Source: an uncultured Christensenella sp.
Lineage (GTDB): Bacteria > Bacillota > Clostridia > Christensenellales > Pumilibacteraceae
Length of the DNA: 64,000 nucleotides
NCBI GenBank assembly: GCA_910578545.1
Contig: CAJTPT010000002.1
Location: forward strand, 137,574 to 201,573
Direction: 5' to 3'
Part shown: positions 1 to 10,052 of the stretch, in pieces
Layout of the letters: every line of letters starts with the position of its first letter
Numbering within the stretch: position 1 is the stretch's first letter
The notes under the pieces: generated by a model
Databases searched by the model: none
What the model saw: only the letters and a program-made list of their open reading frames with translations
Told to the model about the DNA's origin: nothing
Made by a program: the position numbers and the translations under genes

Positions 1-2
1 TG

Positions 3-1889
3 TTGCATTTTCCTGATAGATACGTAGACGTTTCCGCTAAAATCGATCGAACGCTTAACGACGGCGATACTGCTTCGTTTTTGGGTGAGCTTACTTCGCC
101 TGCAAAGCGCGCGTATATCCGCCGCGGTCTTAACGTCGTTAACTGCACCTTTCTAAACAACGGTATTAATGTGCGGTGTTCTTGGTTTAATCAGCCTTAT
201 GCCGCACGAAATCTTGTTGTGGGCGATAAGGTCTACGTTGTCGGCAAGGTGAAACGGTTTAAATCGGCAGTTCAAATGGTTAATCCGACGCTTTTAACGC
301 CAGCCGACGGCGATAGTTCTATCGTGCCCGTATACAAAACTGCAATACCGTCGCGCACGTTTGAGGGCGCGGTAAAGACCGCATTGGATAATGTTAAGAT
401 AAACAGCTTTATTCCGCCGGAACTTGCGCAAAAATTCGGGCTTTTGCCGTTGCAAACGGCCATAATGCGAGTGCATTTCCCGCGCGATTTTATGGAACTT
501 GCCGTCGCAAAGCGCTCAATCGCGATTGAAAACCTATGTTACGTTATAACTTCATATAGACTGTTAAAAGACGATAAGCGGGATTTTTCATACTTTGCAC
601 CCGTAGAAACAATAAACGAGTTTACTAATAGTCTTCCGTATGAACTTACTGCCGAACAGCAAACGGTAGTCGAAGAAATCGTTCGCGAGCTTCGCTCGGA
701 CAAGCTTGCTAATCTACTGGTTCAGGGCGAGGTCGGTTGCGGCAAGACGGTTGTTGCGCTCGCCGCAATGTATTATGCCGCAAAAAGCGGTTTTCAGTCG
801 GCGCTAATGGCGCCAACCGAGGTGCTTGCCCGTCAGCATTACGAAACTATGATTAGGCTTTTGGAACCTCTCGGCGTAAAAACACAGTTGCTTTGCGCGT
901 CAATGACGGCAAAACAGCGCGAAGCGGCGCTGTTTAACATTAAATTCGGAACAGCCAAGTGTATTATCGGTACCCAATCGCTTATAAGCGACGAAACGGT
1001 TTTTGACAATCTCAGGCTCGTTATTGCAGATGAGCAACAGCGTTTCGGCGTAAATCAGCGTGCGAAATTGGAAAGCAAGGGCGGCAAAACGGACATGATT
1101 GTAATGACTGCTACGCCTATTCCGCGCACGCTTGCGCTATCGCTTTACGGCGAGCTACAGCAGCTTGAAATTCACGAACTTCCTGCCAATAGACCCAATA
1201 TCACAACGTCGCTCGTTCCGCCCGCAAAAATCGAAAATATGTATAAATACATAACGGATAAGACAGCGGTTGACGAGCGTACGTACATAATTTGCCCGCG
1301 GATAGAGGGCGGCGACGAGCAGGTTACGGCGGTCGATGATATTTACGCCAAGCTTAAAAGAATGCCCGTTGCGCCGCTTGTCGGATGTATTCACGGAAAG
1401 ATGAGAGATGCGGAAAAAAATGCAGTGATGTCCGATTTTAAAAGCGGAAAAATCAAAATTTTGGTTTCCACAACGGTTGTGGAAGTCGGTATTGACGTTC
1501 CCGAGGCGACCACGGTTATCGTTTTTGACGCAGAAAGGTTTGGACTTTCCCAGCTTCATCAAATTCGCGGACGCGTCGGGCGAGGTGTAAAACCGTCGTA
1601 TTGCTTTTTGGTGAGCGAAAACGGATCGGAAGAAAGCAATGCGCGACTTAAAGAGTTCTGCGCGTTGTCCGATGGTTTTTCCGTATCCGAACTCGATTTT
1701 AAACTGCGCGGCGCGGGGGATTTTGTCGGACTTAAACAGCACGGAAACGGTAGTCTTGAGATTGACGCCAATATTATTGAAAGATCCAGGGGATTATCGG
1801 ACGCGATTATTTCCGACTCAAGCGTATCTAAAGCTGTTTTAGACTCGCTTAAAGCTCCCGAATTTATTAAATCGGTTACAATGAACTGA
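3..1889 (+). CDS. recG: ATP-dependent DNA helicase RecG (5' end outside window)
   Basis: QGEVGCGKT Walker A, ADEQQRFG, MTATPIPRT, QIRGRVGRG and RGAGDFVGLKQHG motifs; N-terminal wedge/OB region. Confidence 0.95.
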   Translation: MHFPDRYVDVSAKIDRTLNDGDTASFLGELTSPAKRAYIRRGLNVVNCTFLNNGINVRCSWFNQPYAARNLVVGDKVYVVGKVKRFKSAVQMVNPTLLTPADGDSSIVPVYKTAIPSRTFEGAVKTALDNVKINSFIPPELAQKFGLLPLQTAIMRVHFPRDFMELAVAKRSIAIENLCYVITSYRLLKDDKRDFSYFAPVETINEFTNSLPYELTAEQQTVVEEIVRELRSDKLANLLVQGEVGCGKTVVALAAMYYAAKSGFQSALMAPTEVLARQHYETMIRLLEPLGVKTQLLCASMTAKQREAALFNIKFGTAKCIIGTQSLISDETVFDNLRLVIADEQQRFGVNQRAKLESKGGKTDMIVMTATPIPRTLALSLYGELQQLEIHELPANRPNITTSLVPPAKIENMYKYITDKTAVDERTYIICPRIEGGDEQVTAVDDIYAKLKRMPVAPLVGCIHGKMRDAEKNAVMSDFKSGKIKILVSTTVVEVGIDVPEATTVIVFDAERFGLSQLHQIRGRVGRGVKPSYCFLVSENGSEESNARLKEFCALSDGFSVSELDFKLRGAGDFVGLKQHGNGSLEIDANIIERSRGLSDAIISDSSVSKAVLDSLKAPEFIKSVTMN

Positions 1890-1890
1890 C

Positions 1891-3432
1891 ATGAAAGGAA
1901 AACTGATTAACTTTCGTGCATTTCTCGTCATAGCGATTTCGGTGACCGCCGCCGTGTTTTGCGTATATCTTTATATGTATAACACTGTTGCCGGCTTGAC
2001 TGTCGGTATTATTTATATATTGCTTTTAGCGGGTGTAACCGTATATTTTGTGTTTAGATTTTGCCGTAACGTAGTAAGGCTTACTGTCGTTATTTCTTTT
2101 GTGCTTGCCACAGCACTGTGCGTTAGTGCTTTTACAGTTGGTGTAGTTGTCGGGGATAAGTGGCATGACGGGCTTAGTTATGAGGGGTACGGGACCGTTT
2201 CGGGCAGAGTTTGTGCGGTTAACGTTTCCGCAGGCACGTATAGGATCGATCTTGACGAATTGCACATAAACGGACGGGCGTTAAGCGGAATAATGCGCGT
2301 TTCCGTCGTTGCCGAGGATAATAATATCGCCGATTTAGTCCGATGTGGCGACCGTTTGCAGTTTGGTGCAACTGTACGTGCCGTTAAAATTACGGACGGC
2401 GGAAAAGTGAACGGTACAGCATACCGCACCGACATCAGATATAATACAACAGTTAAATCGAACGGCATAATTATGTCCGTCGGCAAGCCGAAACCTATAG
2501 AAAGCTTTTTAATATCGTTAAAGTCACTTCTTACCGAAAATATGGGCGAGCGGTACGGAAATATAGCATTTGCTATGCTGACTGGCGATAAACACGATTT
2601 GAATAACGGTGTGTTCGGCTATTATTCGGCGGCGGGGCTGGGGCATATAATGGCGGTTTCCGGTTTGCATATCGGCTTTTTTATCTTGCTGTTAAATCTT
2701 ATAATGCGCAGACTATCTAAAAAAGTACGCTATCCGATAATGGCTTGCGTGTTGATGGCATACGTCGTTCTTGCCGATTTTTCGCCGAGTATAATTCGTG
2801 CAGTGATAATGGCTATTATTGCCGGTATAGGAATATTGATAGGCGGAAGGCGTGATTTGCTTTCGTCGCTTTGCTGCGCATATTCGCTTTTGCTTGCAGT
2901 CAAGCCGTTGTATATGTTTGAAGCGGGGTTTTTGATGAGCTTCGGCGCGCTCTTCGGAATAGCGTTGTTCGCAAACTCTGTCAAGCGTTTTTTGGTAAAA
3001 CACAGGGCGAACAAGAAGGTGGCGAGCGGGATAGGCGGCGCCGTGTCTGCTTCCGTAGGTATACTACCCGCACAAATATACTTTTTCCGTTCTGTAAACG
3101 TTTTGTCCGTGTTGATAAACGTATTTGTTATTCCTTACGTTTCGATTGTGTTTATCGCTATTTTGTGCATTTTGCCCGTTGCGGCTATACCGGGTTGCGG
3201 GCAAGCGCTTATCGTATGCAAATATCTGCTGGCATTTTTGGATAATTTGGCTTACGGACTATCTAAAATGCCTTATGCCGTAATTATGTTACATTCGGCT
3301 TGGCAGGTGTTTTTGTGTTATCCGATATACTTTTTCGGCAGTGAATATATTATGCTTAAAAAAGGTAAAACCGCCGTAGGATTGTATTCCGCGGCGGTTT
3401 GTATTGCCATTATTTGCGTGTGTTCGCTTTAA
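1891..3432 (+). CDS. comEC: ComEC/Rec2 family competence membrane protein, no C-terminal beta-lactamase domain
   Basis: GLGHIMAVSGLHIG, SPSIIRA and GFLMSF motifs; many TM segments; OB-like region after the first TMs. Confidence 0.88.
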   Translation: MKGKLINFRAFLVIAISVTAAVFCVYLYMYNTVAGLTVGIIYILLLAGVTVYFVFRFCRNVVRLTVVISFVLATALCVSAFTVGVVVGDKWHDGLSYEGYGTVSGRVCAVNVSAGTYRIDLDELHINGRALSGIMRVSVVAEDNNIADLVRCGDRLQFGATVRAVKITDGGKVNGTAYRTDIRYNTTVKSNGIIMSVGKPKPIESFLISLKSLLTENMGERYGNIAFAMLTGDKHDLNNGVFGYYSAAGLGHIMAVSGLHIGFFILLLNLIMRRLSKKVRYPIMACVLMAYVVLADFSPSIIRAVIMAIIAGIGILIGGRRDLLSSLCCAYSLLLAVKPLYMFEAGFLMSFGALFGIALFANSVKRFLVKHRANKKVASGIGGAVSASVGILPAQIYFFRSVNVLSVLINVFVIPYVSIVFIAILCILPVAAIPGCGQALIVCKYLLAFLDNLAYGLSKMPYAVIMLHSAWQVFLCYPIYFFGSEYIMLKKGKTAVGLYSAAVCIAIICVCSL

Positions 3433-3433
3433 A

Positions 3434-4048
3434 TTATTGTGCGGGAGTGGGGGTTTCAGGCTGTGTTTCGGGGCTACGCGCCAAAACGATTGTACAGCAT
3501 TTATCGTAAATCATGATTTTGCCTTGCGGTAATAAATCTCCGAAAAGCGTATCCGCAACATACACATTGTGAGCAGGCGGGTCGATTTGCTCGTCGTAGT
3601 ACATCATTATTTCGTTTCGCCGTTCGTACCATCTGCCGCTGTGTTCGGCAGTAACGCCGTCTGATACGACAGTAAGCTCAAAAGTATTGTCCTTGTTAAG
3701 CGTAAGTTTGTAATCAAGCGAGGAATCTTTATCTATTCCGTACGGCGTATGGATATATTCCACCTCGTAGTGCCCGTATCTTCCGCGGGTAAAATGTCGC
3801 CGCGCACCCGGAAGCGACGATTTTTTTCGTATCACACCGAAAAATCCATCCACATCGTTTCCGTCGATAGTGATTTCGATTTTTTTATTTTGTTCCGGAT
3901 TTTCGTCCGTTTCGGTTTGCCGCGTTACTTGGCTGTTATCCGATTGTGGTGTTGTCTTGGGCGTTACACTTACCGCGCCCTTGTTGCATCCGCATAGCAT
4001 AGTTGCGGATAGAAGAGCTGCGGTAGCTACAGGAATTATTTTTTTCAT
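3434..4048 (-). CDS. Hypothetical lipoprotein
   Basis: MKKIIPVATAALLSATMLCGC signal peptide with lipobox; GAGGTG SD before ATG 4048. Confidence 0.7.
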   Translation of the reverse strand: MKKIIPVATAALLSATMLCGCNKGAVSVTPKTTPQSDNSQVTRQTETDENPEQNKKIEITIDGNDVDGFFGVIRKKSSLPGARRHFTRGRYGHYEVEYIHTPYGIDKDSSLDYKLTLNKDNTFELTVVSDGVTAEHSGRWYERRNEIMMYYDEQIDPPAHNVYVADTLFGDLLPQGKIMIYDKCCTIVLARSPETQPETPTPAQ

Positions 4049-4137
4049 AGTTGCACCTCGCAAAGGTATTTTGTTTTAGTCTTTGTAACAAAGATGAAAA
4101 TATTCACTGTTTTTTTGGGAAAATTACTTTAAAACGG

Positions 4138-4166
4138 TTGACAACGAAAGGGGATTATATTACAAT
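4138..4166 (+). promoter_or_regulatory. sigma-A promoter of the infC operon
   Basis: TTGACA-17nt-TACAAT. Confidence 0.8.
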
Positions 4167-4171
4167 ATACA

Positions 4172-4265
4172 GGCAAAGCAGATTTATTCTCACCGTTCGG
4201 GTACACTCGGAACGGTCACACAATCAAAAAAGTTATTTGTTGTGAGTAAAATTCTGTTTTGCTCG
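4172..4265 (+). ncRNA. Ribosomal protein L20 leader-like cis-regulatory RNA
   Basis: Between promoter and infC; GCAAAGCAGA pairs with TCTGTTTTGC; inner ACCGTTC/GAACGGT hairpin; followed by a T-run; same position as Firmicutes L20 leaders. Confidence 0.7.
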
Positions 4266-4293
4266 CATTTTTTTATTTAGGAGGATACCGACT

Positions 4294-4812
4294 ATTTTTA
4301 AAGAGCTTGTTATAAACGACGGGATCGCGGACAATCTCGAAGTTCGCGTCAAGGACGAAACGGGCGCAATGCTCGGAATTATGCGCGCTTCTGCCGCTAA
4401 GGCAATAGCCGACGAGCGCAGACTCGACCTTGTTATGATCACGCCCAATGCGCAACCGCCCGTTTGCCAGGTCATGGATTACGGCAAGTATCGCTTCGAT
4501 ACGGCAAAAAAGGCCAAAGACGCATTGAAAAACCAAAAGAAAACCGATGTTAAGGAAATTCGTTTGTCCATAACGATTGATATCGGCGATCTTAATACCA
4601 AATCCAAGCAAGCAAGAAAGTTCCTTACGGACGGGGACAAGGTAAAGGTTTCTATCCGTATGCGAGGGCGTCAAATGGCGCGCCCGCAAATGGGAGTCGA
4701 TATCATGAATTCGTTCTTTGAGACTGTTAAGGACGTTGCCACAATGGAACGCAAGCCTGCGGTCGACGGCAGAAGCATTTTTATGAATCTTGTGCCAATC
4801 AACAGTAAATAA
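4294..4812 (+). CDS. infC: Translation initiation factor IF-3 (ATT start)
   Basis: AGGAGG SD 9 nt before an in-frame ATT at 4294 ([11 protein letters not shown]...); [14 protein letters not shown] and [12 protein letters not shown] motifs. Confidence 0.95.
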   Translation: MFKELVINDGIADNLEVRVKDETGAMLGIMRASAAKAIADERRLDLVMITPNAQPPVCQVMDYGKYRFDTAKKAKDALKNQKKTDVKEIRLSITIDIGDLNTKSKQARKFLTDGDKVKVSIRMRGRQMARPQMGVDIMNSFFETVKDVATMERKPAVDGRSIFMNLVPINSK

Positions 4813-4834
4813 TCTATTTTCGGAGGAATATATT

Positions 4835-5032
4835 ATGCCCAAAATGAAGAGCCACAGCGGCGCGAAAAAGCGTTTTCGCGTGACGGCAAACGGCAGAGTA
4901 AAACGCGCACAGCAAGGTAAGAACCACATTCTTAACAAAAAGCCGAGAAAGCGCATTATGAGATTGCGTCAAGGCGCTTACCTTAAATCGACCAAGCAAG
5001 AAAAAACAATTCGCAACATGGCGCAAAAGTAG
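4835..5032 (+). CDS. rpmI: 50S ribosomal protein L35
   Basis: [21 protein letters not shown]; between infC and rplT. Confidence 0.97.
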   Translation: MPKMKSHSGAKKRFRVTANGRVKRAQQGKNHILNKKPRKRIMRLRQGAYLKSTKQEKTIRNMAQK

Positions 5033-5042
5033 GAGGTAGACT

Positions 5043-5399
5043 ATGAGAATTAAAAGAGCTGTTAACGCCGTAAAAAAGCGCAGAAAGATTTTTAAACTTT
5101 CCAAGGGATATTTCGGATCCAAGTCCAGATCGTACCGTATAGCACGTCAAGCGGTTATGAAATCGCAGATGTACGCCTATATCGGCAGACGTTTGAAAAA
5201 GCGTGATTTCCGTTCGCTTTGGATTGCGCGTATCAATGCCGCCGCGCGCATCAATGGACTTTCGTACTCCAAGCTTATGCACGGTCTTAAGGTTGCAGGC
5301 GTAAATCTTAACCGTAAGGTGCTTGCGGATATTGCGGTAAACGACCCTGCGGCGTTCAAGGCGCTTGCGCAAACCGCTTCGGCCGCCATTGCAAAATAA
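5043..5399 (+). CDS. rplT: 50S ribosomal protein L20
   Basis: [19 protein letters not shown] and [10 protein letters not shown] motifs. Confidence 0.98.
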   Translation: MRIKRAVNAVKKRRKIFKLSKGYFGSKSRSYRIARQAVMKSQMYAYIGRRLKKRDFRSLWIARINAAARINGLSYSKLMHGLKVAGVNLNRKVLADIAVNDPAAFKALAQTASAAIAK

Positions 5400-5405
5400 T
5401 AAGCC

Positions 5406-5582
5406 ATATTTGACTCGAACTTCGCAAGCTAAAACATTTTTTTGTAGCATAATGCGCCGTCATGCGAGAAAAAGCGCACAAAGCTGTACTTTCTGTAGTA
5501 CTGCGCGTGTGATTTGACGAAGTATTGCGGCACAGTATACCCAAAAATCTTACGAGCCCGGGCCTAATATGACTACAAAAAA
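5406..5582. repeat. Degenerate nested inverted-repeat element (REP/MITE-like or structured RNA)
   Basis: Nested imperfect stems GCCGTCATGC/GTATTGCGGC, GCACA/CGTGT, GTACT/AGTAC; outer arms TTTTTTGTAGCATA/TATGACTACAAAAAA. Confidence 0.45.
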
Positions 5583-5607
5583 GGCGTCGATATTCGGCGC
5601 TTTTTTT
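5577..5607 (+). terminator. Intrinsic terminator after rplT
   Basis: GCGTCGA-TAT-TCGGCGC hairpin followed by T7. Confidence 0.7.
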
Positions 5608-5619
5608 AATCGGTGAAAT

Positions 5620-6360
5620 ATGGAAATAATCAGGTCTGCCGACAACAAAACGGTCAAACATATAAATAAGCTTAAAATCAAGAAGTACCGTGACGAGTTT
5701 TACGAGTTTTTTGTCGAGGGGTACAAGAATGTTTTGGATACGTGTTCCGCCGCGCCGGAAACCGTCGGTCTTGTTGCGCTATCCGAAAGTGCATACGGAT
5801 CGTACGGCGAAAAGTTTACCGACTATAAATGTCTTGTGATAGACGATAAGGTGTTTGAAAAGCTCAGCGAAACGAGTAGCAGTCAGGGTATCCTTTCGGT
5901 GCACAAAAAGCCGAATTACGCTTTTCCGTCATCCGATAGGTGTATACTTTTGGACAGAGTGCGCGATCCCGGCAACGTCGGCACAATCTTGCGTACAGCC
6001 GTTGCGTGTGATTATGACGTCGTGCTTAATAATTGCGCGGATGTGTTTTCGCCTAAGGTGGTAAGAAGCGCCATGTCGGCAGTAGTTAAATGTCGTATCG
6101 GCGCGGACATTGAACCAATGGAACTTAAAAAGGCGGGGTATCAGCTTATAGTTGCGGATATGCTCGGTCAAAACGTTTTTGGTTCAAAGCATAGAGATAA
6201 GTACTGTATAGTAATCGGCAACGAGGCAGGGGGCGTTTCACCCGATATAGTCAAAACCGCCGACCTGTTGCTTTCCGTTCCGCAAAACAATATCGAATCG
6301 CTCAACGCCGCAGTTGCCGCCGCCGTAATGATGTTTGGACTAAGGTACGCAAATAATTGA
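5620..6360 (+). CDS. TrmH/SpoU family RNA methyltransferase
   Basis: LDRVRDPGNVGTILRT, IGNEAGGV and ESLNAAVA SPOUT motifs. Confidence 0.92.
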   Translation: MEIIRSADNKTVKHINKLKIKKYRDEFYEFFVEGYKNVLDTCSAAPETVGLVALSESAYGSYGEKFTDYKCLVIDDKVFEKLSETSSSQGILSVHKKPNYAFPSSDRCILLDRVRDPGNVGTILRTAVACDYDVVLNNCADVFSPKVVRSAMSAVVKCRIGADIEPMELKKAGYQLIVADMLGQNVFGSKHRDKYCIVIGNEAGGVSPDIVKTADLLLSVPQNNIESLNAAVAAAVMMFGLRYANN

Positions 6361-6385
6361 CAAAGGTGTTGATCGATAGTATAAT
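6357..6385 (+). promoter_or_regulatory. sigma-A promoter upstream of yebC
   Basis: Perfect TTGACA-17nt-TATAAT. Confidence 0.8.
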
Positions 6386-6454
6386 ATATACCAATCGGTT
6401 TGTATTCTATTGCAAACAATCTTTAATTAAAAAATCTTATTATCGGAGAATTTT

Positions 6455-7198
6455 ATGTCCGGACACAGCAAATGGGCTACAATCAAAAGACAAAAGGGCA
6501 AAACGGACGCCGCGCGCGCTAACGTTTTTACTAAGATAGGCAGGGAACTTGCCGTCGCCGTCCGTCAGGGCGGACCCGATCCCAATAACAACCCCCGCCT
6601 TCGTGACGTTATTGCAAAGGCGCGTGCCGCAAACATGCCTAACGACAATATCAACCGTTCGATTAAAAAGGCGAGCGGTGAGGACGGAAACGTCAACTAC
6701 GATTCCATTATATATGAGGGATACGGCTCCGGGGGCGTTGCTGTTATCGTAGAAACCCTTACCGACAACAAAAACCGTACGGCCGCGGCTGTCCGTCACA
6801 TCTTTGATAAGTGCGGCGGTTCTTTGGGTACGACCAACTGCGTATCGTACATGTTCGAGTCCAAGGGAGTTGTCACCATTCAGAAGAACGCGAATGATGA
6901 CGATGAGGAAATAATGATGCTCGCTCTCGAATGCGGAGCAGAGGATTTTGACGGCTCGGAAGATGAGTACTATATTTCCACGGCTCCGAACGACGTCGAT
7001 ACCGTTCGCGACGGACTGGAAAAGGCGGGCAGAGTTATTCTTTCCGCAGAGGTAAGACAGATACCTTCGTCTACGGTAGATATCGATCCCGAAACAGAGG
7101 TTAAATTCCGTCGTATGCTCGACATGTTCGACGATGACGACGACGTGCAGAACGTCTATCACAACGCAAACCTTGCGGATGACGAAGATGAAGAATAA
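6455..7198 (+). CDS. yebC: YebC/PmpR family protein
   Basis: MSGHSKWATIKRQKG, YEGYGSGGVA, TDNKNRT and DDVQNVYHN motifs. Confidence 0.96.
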   Translation: MSGHSKWATIKRQKGKTDAARANVFTKIGRELAVAVRQGGPDPNNNPRLRDVIAKARAANMPNDNINRSIKKASGEDGNVNYDSIIYEGYGSGGVAVIVETLTDNKNRTAAAVRHIFDKCGGSLGTTNCVSYMFESKGVVTIQKNANDDDEEIMMLALECGAEDFDGSEDEYYISTAPNDVDTVRDGLEKAGRVILSAEVRQIPSSTVDIDPETEVKFRRMLDMFDDDDDVQNVYHNANLADDEDEE

Positions 7199-8516
7199 AA
7201 CCGCCGAACAAAAATTGTTCGGGAATACTTGTGTTAACAATCACCGTCTTATGATTGGCGGGTGTGTTGCGTCCGAGCTTGCCAAACAGTACGGAACGCC
7301 CCTTTATGTATTCGATATAGATTACGCTGCGGGTGTTGCTCGGGCTTACGCGGATATTCTTAAAAGAGAGTATCCGTCTTCTACAGTATGCTATGCGTCA
7401 AAGGCGTTTTGCTGTACCGCAATATATAAAATGTTGTCGCCGTTAGGTCTCGGGGCCGACGTTGTTTCGGGTGGTGAGCTGTATACCGCGCTTAAAGGCG
7501 GTATGGATCCCGCAAAGATTTACTTTCACGGTAACAATAAGACCGAGAGCGAAATACAATTCGCTTTGGAAAGCGGAGTCGGCTGTTTTGTAGTCGATTC
7601 TGCGCGCGAGCTCGAGTTGATAGAAAAGCACGCAACTCGCGTTCAAAACGTATTGGTGCGCGTAAATCCCGGAGTGGAAGCGCACACTCACAGATTTATT
7701 CAAACGACTACGCCCGATAGTAAGTTCGGTTTTTCAATAGCAGACGGCACTGCCGAAAGCGTTATTCTTTCGGTTGAGAAGCATAAAAATATTCATTTTG
7801 CAGGCATAGCTTGTCATATAGGATCGCAAATATTCGAGCAGCAGTCATTTGAGATTGCCATAGACAAAATGACCGATTTTATCGTTCGGCTCAATTCTTT
7901 GGGCGTAAATGTGGAAATGATCGATTTGGGCGGGGGCTTCGGCGTACACTATATCGCCGAGGACAAGCCGCTCACACCCGAGCAGTACATGACCAACTCG
8001 GCCAAATACTTGCTTAAAGCGGTCAATGAACGTAATATTACTCCGCCGCATTTGATTGTCGAGCCCGGTCGGTCGATAGTCGGCGAGGCTGGCATAACGC
8101 TGTATTCCGTCGGTGCAATCAAGACCATAAAAAGCTTAAAGACATATGCCGCAGTGGACGGCGGAATGTTCGACAATCCTAGAGTTTCGCTGTACGACGC
8201 GCAGTATACCGCCGTCGTTGCCGATAAAGCGGACGAAAAAGGAACGCACGAATACTCGATTGCGGGTAAGTGCTGTGAGAGTGGCGATATTCTTATTGAC
8301 GGAATAACGTTGCCTGAGCTTCATAGCGGCGACGTCCTTGCCGTGTTTACAACGGGCGCATATCACTATTCCATGGCGTCCAACTACAACAGAAACGCCG
8401 TTCCGCCAGTCGTGGCAGTAAAGAACGGACAATCGGCGTACATGGTAAAGCCGCAAACGTATGAAGACATTGCACGCAACGATGTAATTCCCGAGTTCTT
8501 GGAGGTTAAGCAATGA
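7188..8516 (+). CDS. lysA: Diaminopimelate decarboxylase
   Basis: YASKAF PLP lysine, CHIGSQI, DLGGGFG, EPGRS, GKCCESGD, SNYN; start approximate. Confidence 0.95.
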   Translation: MKNKTAEQKLFGNTCVNNHRLMIGGCVASELAKQYGTPLYVFDIDYAAGVARAYADILKREYPSSTVCYASKAFCCTAIYKMLSPLGLGADVVSGGELYTALKGGMDPAKIYFHGNNKTESEIQFALESGVGCFVVDSARELELIEKHATRVQNVLVRVNPGVEAHTHRFIQTTTPDSKFGFSIADGTAESVILSVEKHKNIHFAGIACHIGSQIFEQQSFEIAIDKMTDFIVRLNSLGVNVEMIDLGGGFGVHYIAEDKPLTPEQYMTNSAKYLLKAVNERNITPPHLIVEPGRSIVGEAGITLYSVGAIKTIKSLKTYAAVDGGMFDNPRVSLYDAQYTAVVADKADEKGTHEYSIAGKCCESGDILIDGITLPELHSGDVLAVFTTGAYHYSMASNYNRNAVPPVVAVKNGQSAYMVKPQTYEDIARNDVIPEFLEVKQ

Positions 8517-9253
8517 TTTTTGCATTGCGGAACGCCAGAAATCCGCTCGATTACTTTGTCTTTCTTTTAATTACGCTTGTCTCGGTATGTATCGCAATGG
8601 TATTGCACGAGGTCGCGCACGGACTTGTAGCAAAGTGGAACGGCGATTTTACGGCAAAAAACATGGGTAGGTTGTCGCTCAACCCGATTAAACATTTTGA
8701 TTTAATAGGTTTTGTTATGATGATGCTTGTCGGCTTCGGCTATGCCAAGCCCGTACCCGTAAACCCGTATAACTTTAAGCATTACCGTCGCGGAATGTTT
8801 ACTGTTGCGATTGCGGGCGTTGTAACAAATCTGATTATCGCATTCTTTTCGACAATGGGCTTTTGTCTGATGTGGCTTGCTCTCAAGCATGCGACAAGCA
8901 ATGGTGTTGTCGAATTTTGTTGGTATATAATGCAGTTTTTTTCGGTGCTTACATCAATCAATCTGTCGCTCGTGTTCTTTAATATATTGCCGATTTTTCC
9001 GCTCGACGGATTTAGAGTAGTGGAAGCGTTCACGCATAGGGGCAACAAATTTTGCGCGTTTATGCGCACCAACGGGCAGTATATCCTGTGGGGCTTGGTG
9101 GGACTTAGCTTTATCGTATCCGCCGCCTCATCGCGTGTGAGCTTGCCGAATTGGTTTGAATATATAGACGTATTGGGAACGTATCTAAACTTTTTCGTAA
9201 CGAACTTAGGTAATTTGTTCTCGAAGTTCTGGTGGTTGATTATTCCGCTGTAA
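8513..9253 (+). CDS. Site-2 protease family (M50) membrane metalloprotease
   Basis: HEVAH and NILPIFPLDG motifs; upstream of scpA. Confidence 0.92.
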   Translation: MIFALRNARNPLDYFVFLLITLVSVCIAMVLHEVAHGLVAKWNGDFTAKNMGRLSLNPIKHFDLIGFVMMMLVGFGYAKPVPVNPYNFKHYRRGMFTVAIAGVVTNLIIAFFSTMGFCLMWLALKHATSNGVVEFCWYIMQFFSVLTSINLSLVFFNILPIFPLDGFRVVEAFTHRGNKFCAFMRTNGQYILWGLVGLSFIVSAASSRVSLPNWFEYIDVLGTYLNFFVTNLGNLFSKFWWLIIPL

Positions 9254-9263
9254 AGGAGAGGTA

Positions 9264-10052
9264 ATGCAGGAAGTTGAAGAAATCGACGAGCAGGAGCAGT
9301 CGGACGAGCAGTCCCTCGGCAAAAGCTATCACGTGGTTTTGTCTAACTATGACGGCCCGCTCGATTTGCTTTTGGACTTGGTCAAGCACGAAAAAATCGA
9401 TATCGAGGATATATTCATTTCCAACATTACCGAGCAGTATTTGGAAGCGATGGATCAAATCGACGAACTTGACATGGATCAAGCCGCCGACTTTATCGTG
9501 GTTGCCGCGACGCTTTTGGAAATCAAATCCAAACGTCTTTTACCTAAGATAGAGGATCCGATTGTCGAAGAGCAGGCCGAGGATCCCGAAACCGAGCTTA
9601 TAACGCGGCTTCAAGAGTACAAGCTGTACAAGGAAGCGGCGGAAAAAATGCGCGAGCAGGAAATAATCAATATGCACTTCCGCGCGCCCGACGATTCGGT
9701 AGGTACGCCGCGTCTTATTCTTAAGGACATGACTACCAACGGACTTATGAACGCGCTCAAAAAGATGTTCGACAAGATCGGGGAGCGTCAGCAAGCCGTT
9801 AAGGTAAAGATGATAGAGCGCGACCCGTTTACGGTCGATGAAAAAAAGGAGTTCATACGAGAGCGATTTAAGATAGTAGAGTCATGTACGTTTGACGAGC
9901 TGTTTGACGAGGACTATACTATCGGCGAGGTGGTAACTACGTTTTCGGCGCTGTTGGAGCTTGTAAAGGTGCAAGAGGTCGGCGTAAGACAGGAAGATGT
10001 TTTTGAAACGATTACAATAGTTAAGAGGAGACCTGAAAATGCTGGAGATTGA
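9264..10052 (+). CDS. scpA: Segregation/condensation protein A
   Basis: YDGPLDLLLDLV, LLEIKSKRLLP and TFSALLEL motifs. Confidence 0.95.
   Translation: MQEVEEIDEQEQSDEQSLGKSYHVVLSNYDGPLDLLLDLVKHEKIDIEDIFISNITEQYLEAMDQIDELDMDQAADFIVVAATLLEIKSKRLLPKIEDPIVEEQAEDPETELITRLQEYKLYKEAAEKMREQEIINMHFRAPDDSVGTPRLILKDMTTNGLMNALKKMFDKIGERQQAVKVKMIERDPFTVDEKKEFIRERFKIVESCTFDELFDEDYTIGEVVTTFSALLELVKVQEVGVRQEDVFETITIVKRRPENAGD

Noticed and set aside
1891..3432. ComEC lacking its beta-lactamase domain as a pseudogene
   Set aside because: The reading frame is intact and ComEC variants without that domain are known
4081..4093. CTTTGT-A-ACAAAG palindrome containing a TGTAACA half-site
   Set aside because: Only a half match to the operator at 30895 with different symmetry; likely chance in AT-rich DNA
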